A stretch of 64,000 nt of DNA from a virus (IMGVR_UViG_3300010399_000040:3427-67426), one strand, 5' to 3'; counted from the first letter of the stretch, positions 52,682 to 63,011 are shown. A program made the numbers and translations. Notes: generated by a model from the letters alone, not told the origin.

Positions 52682-53227
52682 ATGGCGTTCACTGAGGAAT
52701 CCGTAAAAGCGTTACAGGAGCTCATCTCGTGGTGGCGCCGACAACGCGTCAACACGCTCAATCGTCCGCACGTCGAAGATGAGCAAGGCGGTTCGCCGGA
52801 AGTCTACGTAGCTCGTGTGCCGACTGATGGCATTCCTGCTTGTTCGCACCCAGGGACTGGCACAGCTCCCCCTGTGGCGGAAGACGGTGAAGTCCCTGGT
52901 ACTGCCGACTGCCTTATCTACTACATAGACGAGCTGGGGACACTCCAACCGATAGGCGAGCTCAAGCAGACTGTCCACAACTTGTCGTTCGTCGACGTGC
53001 CTGGAGACACGTGGTGCAGCGTCCACCGCGACAAGTTCGGACGCTGGCTCGCTGCCACCGTCGGGAGCAGCGGCAGTTCGCTGACATCTGCGTCATTCGA
53101 AGTCATATCGGACGTTTCAGTGTCCATCGTCATCGACATGGCTACGTGTTTAGCTACAGCGACTGTGACTAAGACGTTCTCGACTGTGACTTTGACAGGG
53201 GACAACATCAGCGTGGTGTTCTCGTGA
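52682..53227 (+). CDS. tail-region protein
   Basis: GAGGTAGG RBS; synteny. Confidence 0.5.
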   Translation: MAFTEESVKALQELISWWRRQRVNTLNRPHVEDEQGGSPEVYVARVPTDGIPACSHPGTGTAPPVAEDGEVPGTADCLIYYIDELGTLQPIGELKQTVHNLSFVDVPGDTWCSVHRDKFGRWLAATVGSSGSSLTSASFEVISDVSVSIVIDMATCLATATVTKTFSTVTLTGDNISVVFS

Positions 53228-54096
53228 GGACTACGACTGACGTCACTACGCAGACGCTGGCCTGTCCTTGTACTAACTGCTTCGGCGGTTGCGAGATGTG
53301 CGCCGGCACAGGATCGGGTGCTGGCCCGCTTCCTGACGTGCTCCACATAACTATCTCTGGCAACACCTGGGTCAAGCGTGCTGGTGACTCTAACGACCAC
53401 CCTTGGATAGACGAATTAAATCCAGGTACTCAGCTACTCTTCAACGAAGTTACTAACCAGTTCGACATTGCTGCCTCATGTCCGACTCCTCCTCCGTACG
53501 ACTCGCCACCCTCCACAGGGGGGCTTCTCGATCCTATCTCCTTTCGACTAGTGTGGGACCCTAACTGGACTAACAGGGACGTCTCCGGAACTGGCTTAGG
53601 TAACGGAGCCTGGGTATACAAGCAATACGGTGGCGGAGGCTACGTTTACGGTAGCAACTATTCGGCTTTTATCATCAAGCTGGTATGCGTCAATGTCGGC
53701 GTAGAGGAGACTCCCAGCCTAAAGTGCTACATCTCTTGGTACACCGACGAGACTGGCTTCAGTGGCACAGGGACCGGTACCGGTACATCGCCGGGTACAG
53801 GCGAGGGCGACCCTGTAGGCGCACCTTACGCGAGGATATCGTCCATCACGACCGTAGGGACGAAATCAGGTTTTCGCTGGCCCGATCAGAAGGACGTCAC
53901 TTATACGAACGAGTGTAATCCACCGTTCTTCAAGTTCCCCGATCCAGGCTCGCTGATTTTTAACGCCGAAACGTCCAATGGCGCTCCTGATCAGCATTTC
54001 AGCGGCAACTACATAGGTGCTCCCGGTACGGGTATCGAGCCACTCAACTTCTACACGGGTGCTTACGCTTTACTGAGCGCTACGGTGACAGCATGA
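53224..54096 (+). CDS. Cys/Gly/Thr-rich putative receptor-binding protein
   Basis: N-terminal CPC..C..C..C, GTG repeats. Confidence 0.45.
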   Translation: MRTTTDVTTQTLACPCTNCFGGCEMCAGTGSGAGPLPDVLHITISGNTWVKRAGDSNDHPWIDELNPGTQLLFNEVTNQFDIAASCPTPPPYDSPPSTGGLLDPISFRLVWDPNWTNRDVSGTGLGNGAWVYKQYGGGGYVYGSNYSAFIIKLVCVNVGVEETPSLKCYISWYTDETGFSGTGTGTGTSPGTGEGDPVGAPYARISSITTVGTKSGFRWPDQKDVTYTNECNPPFFKFPDPGSLIFNAETSNGAPDQHFSGNYIGAPGTGIEPLNFYTGAYALLSATVTA

Positions 54097-55136
54097 GGCA
54101 GTGCAAGTGCGGAAAATGTAGGTTATGTTGGCTCACCGACAACACTGTCGAGTATGCCAAGAAGTTCGGCGAACCTGAACCTATCCACCCTAGGCCGACT
54201 ATTGAGGAAGCTCCTCCACTCCCTGTAGAGTTTCCTTGCGTACACAGGCTGGAGAGGACAGCGCAGAGAGTCGCTTGCGACGAATGTCAAGAGGGCGCTA
54301 GACTCCCTGTTTTAGGCTGCGAACTGTTTGGTACCTGTACCTACTCCAAGCGAGGTGTCGGAGTCGCTAGCTGCTGCAAATACTGTAAGTCTCGCATGAT
54401 CCTGGACAAGACGAAAGGCGCTTCGACCGACGGTGTCGGTGTTGTACTCGGAGCCTACAAGTGGCCCGAACTGATACGCTTGCAGATACGTCTCGTCCGA
54501 CACACGTGCGGCGCGGTGCCGATCCTCGTGTCCGACGACATGCAAGGTTCTCCTGTGGACAGGTCAGCTGAGCTAAGAGTTGTGTGCGAATCTGAGAGTG
54601 CGGAGTACGTCGGGGGACCGCACATAGGACACGGCGGCGGCGACGTGGCCGCCTTCCACAGGGGCGTGCTGTGGGCAACGCGTAAAGAACTGCGAGTATT
54701 AGCTAAGCTTTCGCAGAGGTTCTTAGTGCTCAAAGGCGACTGGTTACAGAAGGGCGCAGCGCAGTTGCTGGACAGCGGTCTACCTCTCGCCACGCGGCAC
54801 GCACGTCCTTCGTTTCCTCTGCGTACCGAAGCGTGCTTGCTGGACGTCGCAGCGTGGGGAGCATCGCTCAACAAGATCGAACCCAAAGCTTACTTCTCAG
54901 CAGAGAGACTGCACTCGGAGAGCGTGATCCGCAGAGCGCTGGATTCGCTCGGAGGAAAGTACTGGCCTTTGACCCTATTCGGGCCCGTGCGACGGCAGCC
55001 TTACGACGGTACAGTGTGGCACAACTCGCACGGTCGCGAAGCTTACGAGACGATCGCTAGCCTCCTCGGTGTGACTCTCGACGAAGACTTCCACACTGAC
55101 GGCTGGCAGAACGAACCGGAGTACAGCATAGGATGA
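54093..55136 (+). CDS. Cys-rich domain fused to GT-A-like domain
   Basis: N-terminal Cys clusters; PILVSDD, GHGGGD, LAKLSQR. Confidence 0.45.
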   Translation: MRQCKCGKCRLCWLTDNTVEYAKKFGEPEPIHPRPTIEEAPPLPVEFPCVHRLERTAQRVACDECQEGARLPVLGCELFGTCTYSKRGVGVASCCKYCKSRMILDKTKGASTDGVGVVLGAYKWPELIRLQIRLVRHTCGAVPILVSDDMQGSPVDRSAELRVVCESESAEYVGGPHIGHGGGDVAAFHRGVLWATRKELRVLAKLSQRFLVLKGDWLQKGAAQLLDSGLPLATRHARPSFPLRTEACLLDVAAWGASLNKIEPKAYFSAERLHSESVIRRALDSLGGKYWPLTLFGPVRRQPYDGTVWHNSHGREAYETIASLLGVTLDEDFHTDGWQNEPEYSIG

Positions 55137-56386
55137 AACTAAGCCTAGTCGTACCAACTATAGGTAGGCCAAGTATCGCAAGGACGCTCGCTTCTCTGGT
55201 CGCTCAGGAGTGGCGATCTGGCGACGAAGTGCTGCTGGTCGGCGACGGGCATCTACCGCACGTAGAAGAACTGTGGCACCAGTTCTCGCTGCCAGGGAAG
55301 TACGTAGAGGTAGATGGGCCTCACGGAGACTGGGGGCACAGCGTGCGTAACCTCGTGCTCCCTCGCCTCGTCGGCGACTACGTAATGGCGTTGGACGACG
55401 ACGACGAGATGGCGCCAGGAGCGATCAGCGTAGTACGGAAAGCGCTGAGTGCAACGCCAAGTAAGTGCCACATGTTCCGGATGCAGTGGGCCGGTGGACT
55501 ACTGTGGAAGGATCGTGAATTGCTCCACGAGAACGTCGGCACGCCTATGTTCGTGCACCCGAACGACGGTAAGTTCGGAAAATACGCCCCTGTGAGGGGC
55601 GGAGACTGCCAGTTCGCTCAAGAGACGGTCTCGCTTCACGGAGGTGAGCTCGTCTGGCGCGAGGAGATCGTGTGCCACGTACGACCGCGATCGTGGGCAT
55701 CGAAGCCGATCGTTGCACCGCCTCCGCCTCCTACCGCTCGTCCTACCTGGGCTTACGGCGTCACGACGGTACCCAGCCGACGCGAGACGACGCTGCCACG
55801 GACGCTCGCTTCCCTCGCTGCCGCCGGGTTCGCCTCCCCTCGGCTGCGCGTGGACGACGTGGAGAACGATCGGCTGTACGCGCCTGGGAACTGGTGGTTG
55901 CTCCTCCACGAGCTTTGGATTCGCAGCGAAGGTGGAGCCGACTTCTACGCCATATTCCAGGACGACGTGATAGCTGCGAAGGGCTTGCGGGAGCACATCG
56001 AGCGTAGCAGTTTCCCGGAGAAGGTGTACCTCAACCTCTACGTGGACTTCAAGAACGCTCCTCTGGCGCGGGGCGACGGCGGATGGTTCTACAGCAACCA
56101 GATGGGCAGAGGTGCGCTGGGTCTGGTGTTCACTCGCGACGGCGCTAAAATGCTGCTCTGTTCCAACTACATGGTGGAGAGGTTCGTACCTGACCCTAGG
56201 ACACCCGGGAGGCACCGTGAAGCTCTCGACGGAGGAGTAGTCACGGCCATGAAACGCGCTGGATACAAGGAGATGTGCCACAACCCTTCGCTCGTCGATC
56301 ACATCGGTACTCACTCGACCATGTCGAGCAAAGTGTGGCCGACGGGATCACCCCTGTGGAAAGGGGAGGACGTACTTGTCAGCTAA
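55133..56386 (+). CDS. double glycosyltransferase (GT2 plus second GT-A domain)
   Basis: LSLVVPTIGR, ALDDDD; IFQDD, PSLVDHIG. Confidence 0.8.
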   Translation: MKLSLVVPTIGRPSIARTLASLVAQEWRSGDEVLLVGDGHLPHVEELWHQFSLPGKYVEVDGPHGDWGHSVRNLVLPRLVGDYVMALDDDDEMAPGAISVVRKALSATPSKCHMFRMQWAGGLLWKDRELLHENVGTPMFVHPNDGKFGKYAPVRGGDCQFAQETVSLHGGELVWREEIVCHVRPRSWASKPIVAPPPPPTARPTWAYGVTTVPSRRETTLPRTLASLAAAGFASPRLRVDDVENDRLYAPGNWWLLLHELWIRSEGGADFYAIFQDDVIAAKGLREHIERSSFPEKVYLNLYVDFKNAPLARGDGGWFYSNQMGRGALGLVFTRDGAKMLLCSNYMVERFVPDPRTPGRHREALDGGVVTAMKRAGYKEMCHNPSLVDHIGTHSTMSSKVWPTGSPLWKGEDVLVS

Positions 56387-57334
56387 GTCGACAGCGAGTT
56401 CCATATATCTGCGGTGTTCGTCGACGGACTCCATCAAGTCCAGCGGGAAATAGAGCACCTCTTGCGACGCCTCCCTCGCTCCAGGACACGCCTCGCGTCT
56501 GAACTCCGCTTGCATGGACATCGGTTTGAAGCCGCACCTCGCTTGCACACCTCGTTTGCGAAGCTCCGCAACCAACGCGTCGACGTCGGTGTACTCCACT
56601 TTGACGTCGTACACCCAATGAGCATTGCGAGGCGGCATCCGCCACTCCGGAGGCGTCGCATTGCTGTACGCGAGCACGCGACGCGTCCGACAGTCAACGT
56701 TGTGCACGTAGTTACGCAGAGACTCTCGCACCTTCACCGCGAGCGAATCCGCCAACCTGTAGTTGTGCCCGCGCGGCACGTGCCTGTAGTCGTGCGCATC
56801 AGTGAATCCGAGGCACCTGAGTTGCCTGGCCAGGTCAGCTTCGCGGGGTGAGTAGAAAGCGACGGCGCCACCTTCCTCCCCCGCCACGATCTTGTTCCTG
56901 TAGAAGGACCAACACGCGGCGTCTGTGTACTTGTGCGGTATCACGCCGTGAGCTTCAGCGAGGTCCTCCACAACGACGGTGGACGTACCATCTACGATGT
57001 CGTGTAACGCATCCACGTCGCACCGCCGTCCGTAGATGTGCGTTGCGAGGATCGCTACGGTGTCGCCAGTGATCGCTCGCTCAACTTTGCGTACGTCGAT
57101 GAGGAGCTTCTCGTCGCAATCGACGAACACCGGCTTGAGACCAGCCATGACGACCGCCCGCGGGCAAGCCACCATGTTGAAGTCGCACATTATGACTTCT
57201 CCACCTCTGCGTAGCTGCAGAGCTTCGAAAGCGAGGTGGAGTGCCGCTGTACCGGAGTTGCAAGCTACGACCTGCGACGCTTCCACCCCGTTGAACTGCG
57301 CCCACTCCGCCTCCAACAACCTGACCTGTTCCAT
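56348..57334 (-). CDS. DegT/DnrJ/EryC1/StrS PLP-dependent sugar aminotransferase
   Basis: NSGTAALH, VEDLAEAHG, SFYRNK, GEEGGA, GHNYRL. Confidence 0.9.
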   Translation of the reverse strand: MEQVRLLEAEWAQFNGVEASQVVACNSGTAALHLAFEALQLRRGGEVIMCDFNMVACPRAVVMAGLKPVFVDCDEKLLIDVRKVERAITGDTVAILATHIYGRRCDVDALHDIVDGTSTVVVEDLAEAHGVIPHKYTDAACWSFYRNKIVAGEEGGAVAFYSPREADLARQLRCLGFTDAHDYRHVPRGHNYRLADSLAVKVRESLRNYVHNVDCRTRRVLAYSNATPPEWRMPPRNAHWVYDVKVEYTDVDALVAELRKRGVQARCGFKPMSMQAEFRREACPGAREASQEVLYFPLDLMESVDEHRRYMELAVDLADKYVLPFPQG

Positions 57335-57418
57335 GGCTGCCACCCTCCTGCCTAGTTCGATCCCAGTTCTTCCAGGTTCGATCCTGGTACCTCGGGACGG
57401 GTCGATATGGGGTATTCA

Positions 57419-57880
57419 TCATCCCAGATTCGGCGGTCCCAGTCTTGATCCAGGGAGATAAGTCTTATCCGCGCTACCGACGTACGGACCCTGCTTCACT
57501 TCCAGGAACACCGACTCAGCTACCATGGTCAGCGAATGCGCTCCAGAAAGGAGTATCGCTACGTCGCCGTGGTAAAGTCGAACAGTCTCGACGTGCTCAC
57601 CCGAGCTGGCGTACACGTCGAGGTCGATGATCCCCGCGACGCAGATGAGCACCTCCTGCGTGCCTACGATGCTTCGCTTAACAGGGTTGTGCACGTGCGG
57701 AGCGATGATGTGACCCTTGGGTCGACGGAACTCCGCGAACTGCAGGGTGGCATCCTCCGGCGTCACGAAGCCCAGAGGCTTCTTCGCTAGGTTGGGTACG
57801 TTGTCGCACACTACGAGAGCGAGCAGACCCTCGCCGCCATCCGGGCTGACGTGCTCTATGCGTCTGAGTCTAGCGTCCAG
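57419..57880 (-). CDS. cupin-fold (WbuC-like) protein
   Basis: PHVH...QEVL...GAH...EVKQGPY; CTG start 6 nt after GGAGG. Confidence 0.75.
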   Translation of the reverse strand: MDARLRRIEHVSPDGGEGLLALVVCDNVPNLAKKPLGFVTPEDATLQFAEFRRPKGHIIAPHVHNPVKRSIVGTQEVLICVAGIIDLDVYASSGEHVETVRLYHGDVAILLSGAHSLTMVAESVFLEVKQGPYVGSADKTYLPGSRLGPPNLG

Positions 57881-58562
57881 GGTAGTCCTCCAAGACTGGA
57901 ACGATGCTGTCGTCGCATATGAACTCCCACGTTCCGTAGGGATTGCGACCGTCACTGTGCGAACCGTAGACTCTGTCCCAACGGGCTTTGTGCTGTCGGC
58001 GCAACTCCGGAGTCTTGTAACCGTGGTGTATGCAGTGGACGTCCGAAAGGTACTCCGGCGTCACATCGACGGAGACGCCGTTACGCAAGAGCGTCGGACC
58101 GTAGACTACGGAACTCCGGAACACCCAACGACCGTGGCGTGGCGGCCTCCTGTAGAACTTCGTACGCTTGCGCGACTCCTCGCTGAACATCCCGTCTACG
58201 CGAATGTGCTGATCGTCTCCCCACAGGTTGACCCACCTAACGTCGAGAGCTAACGCGTTCGGCATCTCCGTCGGCAATCTGCTCCACGTCTCGTCGACGT
58301 CCCAGTGCATCGCCCATTCGGCTTGCGACAGTGCCACGTCCATCGCTCCCTGCTTCATCGTCTCGTCGTACTCCTTGCTCCGATCGTCTTGGTACGTCGC
58401 GTGCAAACACAAGCGCGAACCTCGCATCCGACGCTGCGTATCGAACGAGCACCTGTCGAAGTGCACCACGAACGGTACGTTCAACCGCTCGACTTCGGAT
58501 AAGTACTGAGGTATCCAGTGGACGTCATCCTCGCAGATCGGAGTGAACGCGCAGATCAGCAC
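57870..58562 (-). CDS. GT-A fold glycosyltransferase-like protein
   Basis: WAMHWDVDE DxD motif, HHGY; GTG after GGAGG. Confidence 0.6.
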   Translation of the reverse strand: MLICAFTPICEDDVHWIPQYLSEVERLNVPFVVHFDRCSFDTQRRMRGSRLCLHATYQDDRSKEYDETMKQGAMDVALSQAEWAMHWDVDETWSRLPTEMPNALALDVRWVNLWGDDQHIRVDGMFSEESRKRTKFYRRPPRHGRWVFRSSVVYGPTLLRNGVSVDVTPEYLSDVHCIHHGYKTPELRRQHKARWDRVYGSHSDGRNPYGTWEFICDDSIVPVLEDYPGR

Positions 58563-58674
58563 AGCAGACCTCCCAGGACGATTCCCAACGCGATGCCAGC
58601 GATGGACCCAACGAGCAGGCCCCAGCAGAAACCCCAGGCCATGTCTTGAAAGGCAGACAGTCCGCAGCGCCCGC

Positions 58675-59613
58675 TCACACGAAGCATGGGTCCACCACGT
58701 CACGAGCGGCGATCAACTGCTTGTTGACTTCGTGGAGTTTGCAGCAATGCTGACACTCGCGCACCACCTTCACGCCGCTTTCTAGCATCTTCCGTCGGCG
58801 CTCGCCCTTCCAGACGGCGTCCCATCCGTCTCGGATGTTGCCGAACGTGAACTCGGGTTTGCCGAAGTGATACGCGCACACTGCGAAGTCGCCATTGTAC
58901 CACATGAACGGGACGAACGTGTGCCCGAGGCAGACGTCGTACCCGTGCGGCTTGAGGTAGTCGTCCCACTTGTAGTCAGTGAGGACGATGCGGAACTCCT
59001 GCGTGTCGAAATCCATCAGCCAGTCAGGGCGCTCGACTGGCTTCTGCAGGTCCTCGCGATCGGCAAGAGCTGGCCTTACCTGGAAGTAAGCGACGCCGGC
59101 ATCTCGCGCCGCCTTGACCATCTCCGGAAGCTTCGTTTCGTTCTCGGCGCAGAGATTGAAGTTGACGCCGACCTTTGTCGCTTTGGCGTACTCCGCGACG
59201 TGTTTCGTGATGACGAACTTCTCCGTCACTGTCACGCGTATCCAGTCTAGCATATCCGGACGTGCTATTCGCTTGTAAGCGTTCGTGAACATGCCTTGCT
59301 TAAACTTGAGCGTATGTGCTAAGTCCACTGCGGCGTCGATGTGGCTGTAGACGCTCGGATCGCCTCCGCCCGTCCACGTGATCGTTTGGACGCCCGCGTC
59401 TTTTGCTTCCAACAGGAAGCGACCTAACACCGCCTCGTCTAACTCCTCGTCCGTGTGGTGCTGCTTGTACTCGCTCGCGACGTAGAAGCACCACGGGCAC
59501 TTCGCGTTGCAGCGGTTGGTCGGTGCTATCTCGACGTTGACTGGAGGGTCGTACCATTCGCGATCTGCGAGAGCGACGTTGAGAAGCTTAGCGGCGGGTG
59601 CGAACTCGTTCAC
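58675..59613 (-). CDS. radical SAM/SPASM protein
   Basis: CNAKCPWC, GGGDP, C-terminal C...C...CQHCC. Confidence 0.9.
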   Translation of the reverse strand: MNEFAPAAKLLNVALADREWYDPPVNVEIAPTNRCNAKCPWCFYVASEYKQHHTDEELDEAVLGRFLLEAKDAGVQTITWTGGGDPSVYSHIDAAVDLAHTLKFKQGMFTNAYKRIARPDMLDWIRVTVTEKFVITKHVAEYAKATKVGVNFNLCAENETKLPEMVKAARDAGVAYFQVRPALADREDLQKPVERPDWLMDFDTQEFRIVLTDYKWDDYLKPHGYDVCLGHTFVPFMWYNGDFAVCAYHFGKPEFTFGNIRDGWDAVWKGERRRKMLESGVKVVRECQHCCKLHEVNKQLIAARDVVDPCFV

Positions 59614-60524
59614 ATGGCCTCCTTCATCTGCTTCAGCATCTCCTCCACCCTGTGTCTGTACAGGTGCCTCGACAACGTGTACTCGTGCTGGAGTCGACGA
59701 TGCGCCTCCCTCAACGAGTCGTTGGAGAGGTATAGATCGACGTATTCTTCACACTGATCCCTGTCTACGTACATCGGAAGTATGCTCTGCGGGTACTGCT
59801 CAGCGAGCCCAGCGCAATACGGATGGACGATGAAACCTCCTAACCCTGTAGTGAGGTAGACTCTGTTGCTCCAGTAGCGGTCGGTCGACGGCCCGTCTGG
59901 CGCGACCACGACTTTAGTCGAAGCGAACACCTGAGCTAGCTCACGCCCGTGCACCCGTCCACGGGGACCACGGTTGCCTACAATAATGAAGTTCTCGCCG
60001 TACTTCGCCTTCAGCCTTTCGATGTGCTCGACACGTTTGCATCCGTGGTTCACCATCCCTGTGAAGAGCACCTGCGGCGCCATCGACGCTACGCTCCGCT
60101 CCAGCAAACATGCCTTGCGACCGTCGAAACCCTGCATGAGGTGGCGCAATGGTCCGCCCATCTTCGCTACCCAGTCACCGTCCGTGCAGAAGCCTAACTT
60201 GATGTGTGGCATCACGTCGAACATCCACTGCACGCGAGAGAGACTCCTAGTTCTCAGCGAAGGATCGCCCTCCACTGACTCCACCATGTCGAAGTAGTAG
60301 AAGAAGCACGGCATGCGTTTCGACGTCTCTATCAGCTCACTCACTGTAGGCCACTTGAGGAACAAGCAGAAATCAGCTTCGCACGATGCTAGAAGCTTCG
60401 TACGTTTCCACCGTTGCTCCTGCAGGCACTCGACTTCGTGGCCAAGCTCGCGGAACGCGTGGGCGATCGCACCTTCGTCGTCGTTATCTCCGCTGTCATG
60501 TTTAGCTACGAACAGAACTCTCAT
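59610..60524 (-). CDS. glycosyltransferase (CgeB/Glyco_trans_1_2-like)
   Basis: FRELGHEV, YWSNRVY...GGF, HLYRHRV. Confidence 0.8.
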   Translation of the reverse strand: MRVLFVAKHDSGDNDDEGAIAHAFRELGHEVECLQEQRWKRTKLLASCEADFCLFLKWPTVSELIETSKRMPCFFYYFDMVESVEGDPSLRTRSLSRVQWMFDVMPHIKLGFCTDGDWVAKMGGPLRHLMQGFDGRKACLLERSVASMAPQVLFTGMVNHGCKRVEHIERLKAKYGENFIIVGNRGPRGRVHGRELAQVFASTKVVVAPDGPSTDRYWSNRVYLTTGLGGFIVHPYCAGLAEQYPQSILPMYVDRDQCEEYVDLYLSNDSLREAHRRLQHEYTLSRHLYRHRVEEMLKQMKEAM

Positions 60525-60767
60525 TGTGAACTCCTAGGTTCCACTTCTTCACCGAGGCCTAGCGTTCGCGAAGCACGTACTCCACTGGCCCCTCACGCAC
60601 TGCGAACGGGTGAGAACGAACTCGGCAATCGTGGTTCGGTCGGCCATGACGCTCCAGACCTGTTTCTTTCCGGTAATCGCGTCGGGATGTTCGGATGGGA
60701 ACATCAATCCCGCAGTAACGGGCGATTCGCGTTCGGCCAGTGTTGACGTTAGCGGCCATCGGCATTC

Positions 60768-61109
60768 TCACCGCTTCCTTCCCGCCCATTTAATCGAGTG
60801 GAACGGATGCCATTCGACTCCGAGCCAGCTTCGCAAAGCGATTGATGGAGTCGGCTTCCAGTATGGCCAACCATCGTACATGCCAACGTCGATAATTGGG
60901 TTTTGCACGCCATAGCACTCGGCAACCCATTGCTCGCCGCGCTCGATACCCGAGACAATTTCACGCAATCGTTCGACATGCTTCCGGCACTCTTCGTCAC
61001 GTCCTTCATCGCTCAGGCAATGATTGTTGAAATGCGACCGGAAATCGTAGGACCAATCAATCGGCCCCACGTTCTCGCCGATCCGCTCGATGACGGTTCT
61101 GGTTTTCAT
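60768..61109 (-). CDS. hypothetical protein
   Basis: ORF after AGGA. Confidence 0.5.
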   Translation of the reverse strand: MKTRTVIERIGENVGPIDWSYDFRSHFNNHCLSDEGRDEECRKHVERLREIVSGIERGEQWVAECYGVQNPIIDVGMYDGWPYWKPTPSIALRSWLGVEWHPFHSIKWAGRKR

Positions 61110-61130
61110 CAGTAGATTCCTGTGAGTGAA

Positions 61131-61943
61131 TCAAACGGTCGCCACTTCTCGCGGCAGGCCCCAGTGTTTCACTGACGGCCATCGTGAGCGGAGCCATGCC
61201 CAATGCCGTCCTCCATCTAAACCGATAGTTGCTGTCGGCGTCGGCCACGTCGTCAGCGTAACCTCGGTGATGGGTTGCATCGCGAGCGTGACGGGTCGTG
61301 GGATGCGGCCGATGCCTGAGCATGTTTTGCATTTGTTGGTGTAGCATGTTGGTCCAGATAGCCCCGGCTGCTTCCACGGTCTGTCCGGGCAAGTATCCGT
61401 CGCCCCCGGCAGTTCGCCTTCCGTCCTAAAGCATTTCTCGCATTTTACCTTTATGACATTGCCATTTAATTGCTGACACTCGCACTTCCTCGCCGGCCAC
61501 CACGTCAGCTTATCGGCGTGGGCCTGCCAGTCGGCGCATGACATTCCGCATTCATTCGCGAAGCCTCTACCGAATCGGATGAACTCCCGATAGGACCAAG
61601 AGGCTTTCTTTACTACCGTCCCATTGCCTACAACTAAGAGGTCTGGCCATGATTTAATCAATTCTGAAGGCAACCAATGTCGCACGTTCTTTGCAAGAAG
61701 TTGTCGCTGGAGGTCATCCATGTCAACCTCATTCTGGTTCATCGCGCGCACCCATATCTGTCCCGGAGTGCCGGTTGGTCCGGAAAACGGACGTAATCTC
61801 GCCAACTCCATCTGAACCCTGATGAACGCCGCCCGTTCGCCGTCCCCGTTTTCCTCACACCAATCCGCGTACTTCATGCGCGGCATATCGTCCTCGGGGT
61901 CGGAGAGGATCGCGGTGAGCAGGGAGCGTTGGTCGTGGGTCAT
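61131..61943 (-). CDS. TIGR02996 domain protein
   Basis: LLTAILSDPEDDMPRMKYADWCEENGDGERAAFIRVQMELAR; RFGRGF. Confidence 0.85.
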   Translation of the reverse strand: MTHDQRSLLTAILSDPEDDMPRMKYADWCEENGDGERAAFIRVQMELARLRPFSGPTGTPGQIWVRAMNQNEVDMDDLQRQLLAKNVRHWLPSELIKSWPDLLVVGNGTVVKKASWSYREFIRFGRGFANECGMSCADWQAHADKLTWWPARKCECQQLNGNVIKVKCEKCFRTEGELPGATDTCPDRPWKQPGLSGPTCYTNKCKTCSGIGRIPRPVTLAMQPITEVTLTTWPTPTATIGLDGGRHWAWLRSRWPSVKHWGLPREVATV

Positions 61944-61959
61944 GAGGGGTTAGCGGGCG

Positions 61960-62289
61960 TTAATGGGCGATATACCTGTAGAAATCCATCACACCGCTAT
62001 CAAACTCCCAGACCCATCGTTGCAGGGCTCGTGCGAGTTGTTCATTTTGGACGCCTTCGACAATCACCAGGTCGAAATCGAGTTTGCACAAGTCCTCAAT
62101 GAATCGTTTGCAATGGCCCTGCCGCCGGTGTGGTTCATAGACCTCGATAGACTCCAGCACTGCTGCATGCCATACCGGAGCATCCTTGAATCCGCACTCG
62201 AAGTCGCATGAGATTCGAAGGTTGTCCTTTCGTACCCAGCATTCGCGGAGCCGCGCGTAGAGAATGTCGCTTTTGTGCACCTGAATCAT
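61960..62289 (-). CDS. GNAT-like protein
   Basis: LESIEVYEPHRRQGHC resembles the acetyl-CoA motif A. Confidence 0.5.
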   Translation of the reverse strand: MIQVHKSDILYARLRECWVRKDNLRISCDFECGFKDAPVWHAAVLESIEVYEPHRRQGHCKRFIEDLCKLDFDLVIVEGVQNEQLARALQRWVWEFDSGVMDFYRYIAH

Positions 62290-62311
62290 CGCATTCCCCC
62301 ACGCCATGACG

Positions 62312-62629
62312 CTATCCGATCCCGCGACAGTCCGCACCGCACGCGCGGCAAACGCCTTCTTCGTTAAGCCGCTCGTGCCTGCACGCCCGCCGCCACTCAT
62401 GCTCCAGTTTCAGGGCAAGCAAAGCCCTATCAAGAGCGTGCATTGCCGCCATCTCGGTTTCGTATGCTTTGACCATTTTGTTGACTCGTGGGTTGTCCCG
62501 TGGAATGAACCCGTCAAGCCGGTCAAACGCGTCTTGCGGAAGGTAGTCGTATTGGCGCTCGTCTGGCGCATCTGCTGGTTGTGGATGCCAGAGGAACTGT
62601 CCCTCGAACTTCAACGGTCGCATGTCCAT
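62312..62629 (-). CDS. hypothetical protein
   Basis: GGAGGG RBS; C-terminal CxH/CxxC. Confidence 0.5.
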   Translation of the reverse strand: MDMRPLKFEGQFLWHPQPADAPDERQYDYLPQDAFDRLDGFIPRDNPRVNKMVKAYETEMAAMHALDRALLALKLEHEWRRACRHERLNEEGVCRACGADCRGIG

Positions 62630-62633
62630 AACA

Positions 62634-63005
62634 TCACCCTCCCGCGTCAGTCACGAGCCGAGCGTGGTCGGTTTTCTCGACCCGGTCGATGTCTGGTGCT
62701 CTGGCCCATATATCCATTTCCTCATCCATTTTCTTTTGCTTCTCAACCATCGCATCGACCATCTGCTCCACGCTCAGACCATCGGCAGCCGAGATGCGGC
62801 CAGTGCCTCGGCACTGCGAGCAGTTAATTCGCGGACGATCCTTGCCCGCGTCGAATGTCTTGTCGCCATTGCAGCCTTCACACTCCTTGTCCCCTAACGC
62901 CTCGCGGAGTTTCGCGGTGATGGCAGCGAGTTGTTCTTGATGTTGCGATGTAACAAGTCGCTCTCGTTCTCTAGTCATTTCAAGCAACCGTTTCTCGTGA
63001 GTCAT
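62634..63005 (-). CDS. DnaJ-type zinc-finger-containing protein
   Basis: CEGCNGD...CSQCRGTG. Confidence 0.55.
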   Translation of the reverse strand: MTHEKRLLEMTRERERLVTSQHQEQLAAITAKLREALGDKECEGCNGDKTFDAGKDRPRINCSQCRGTGRISAADGLSVEQMVDAMVEKQKKMDEEMDIWARAPDIDRVEKTDHARLVTDAGG

Positions 63006-63011
63006 CGTGCA

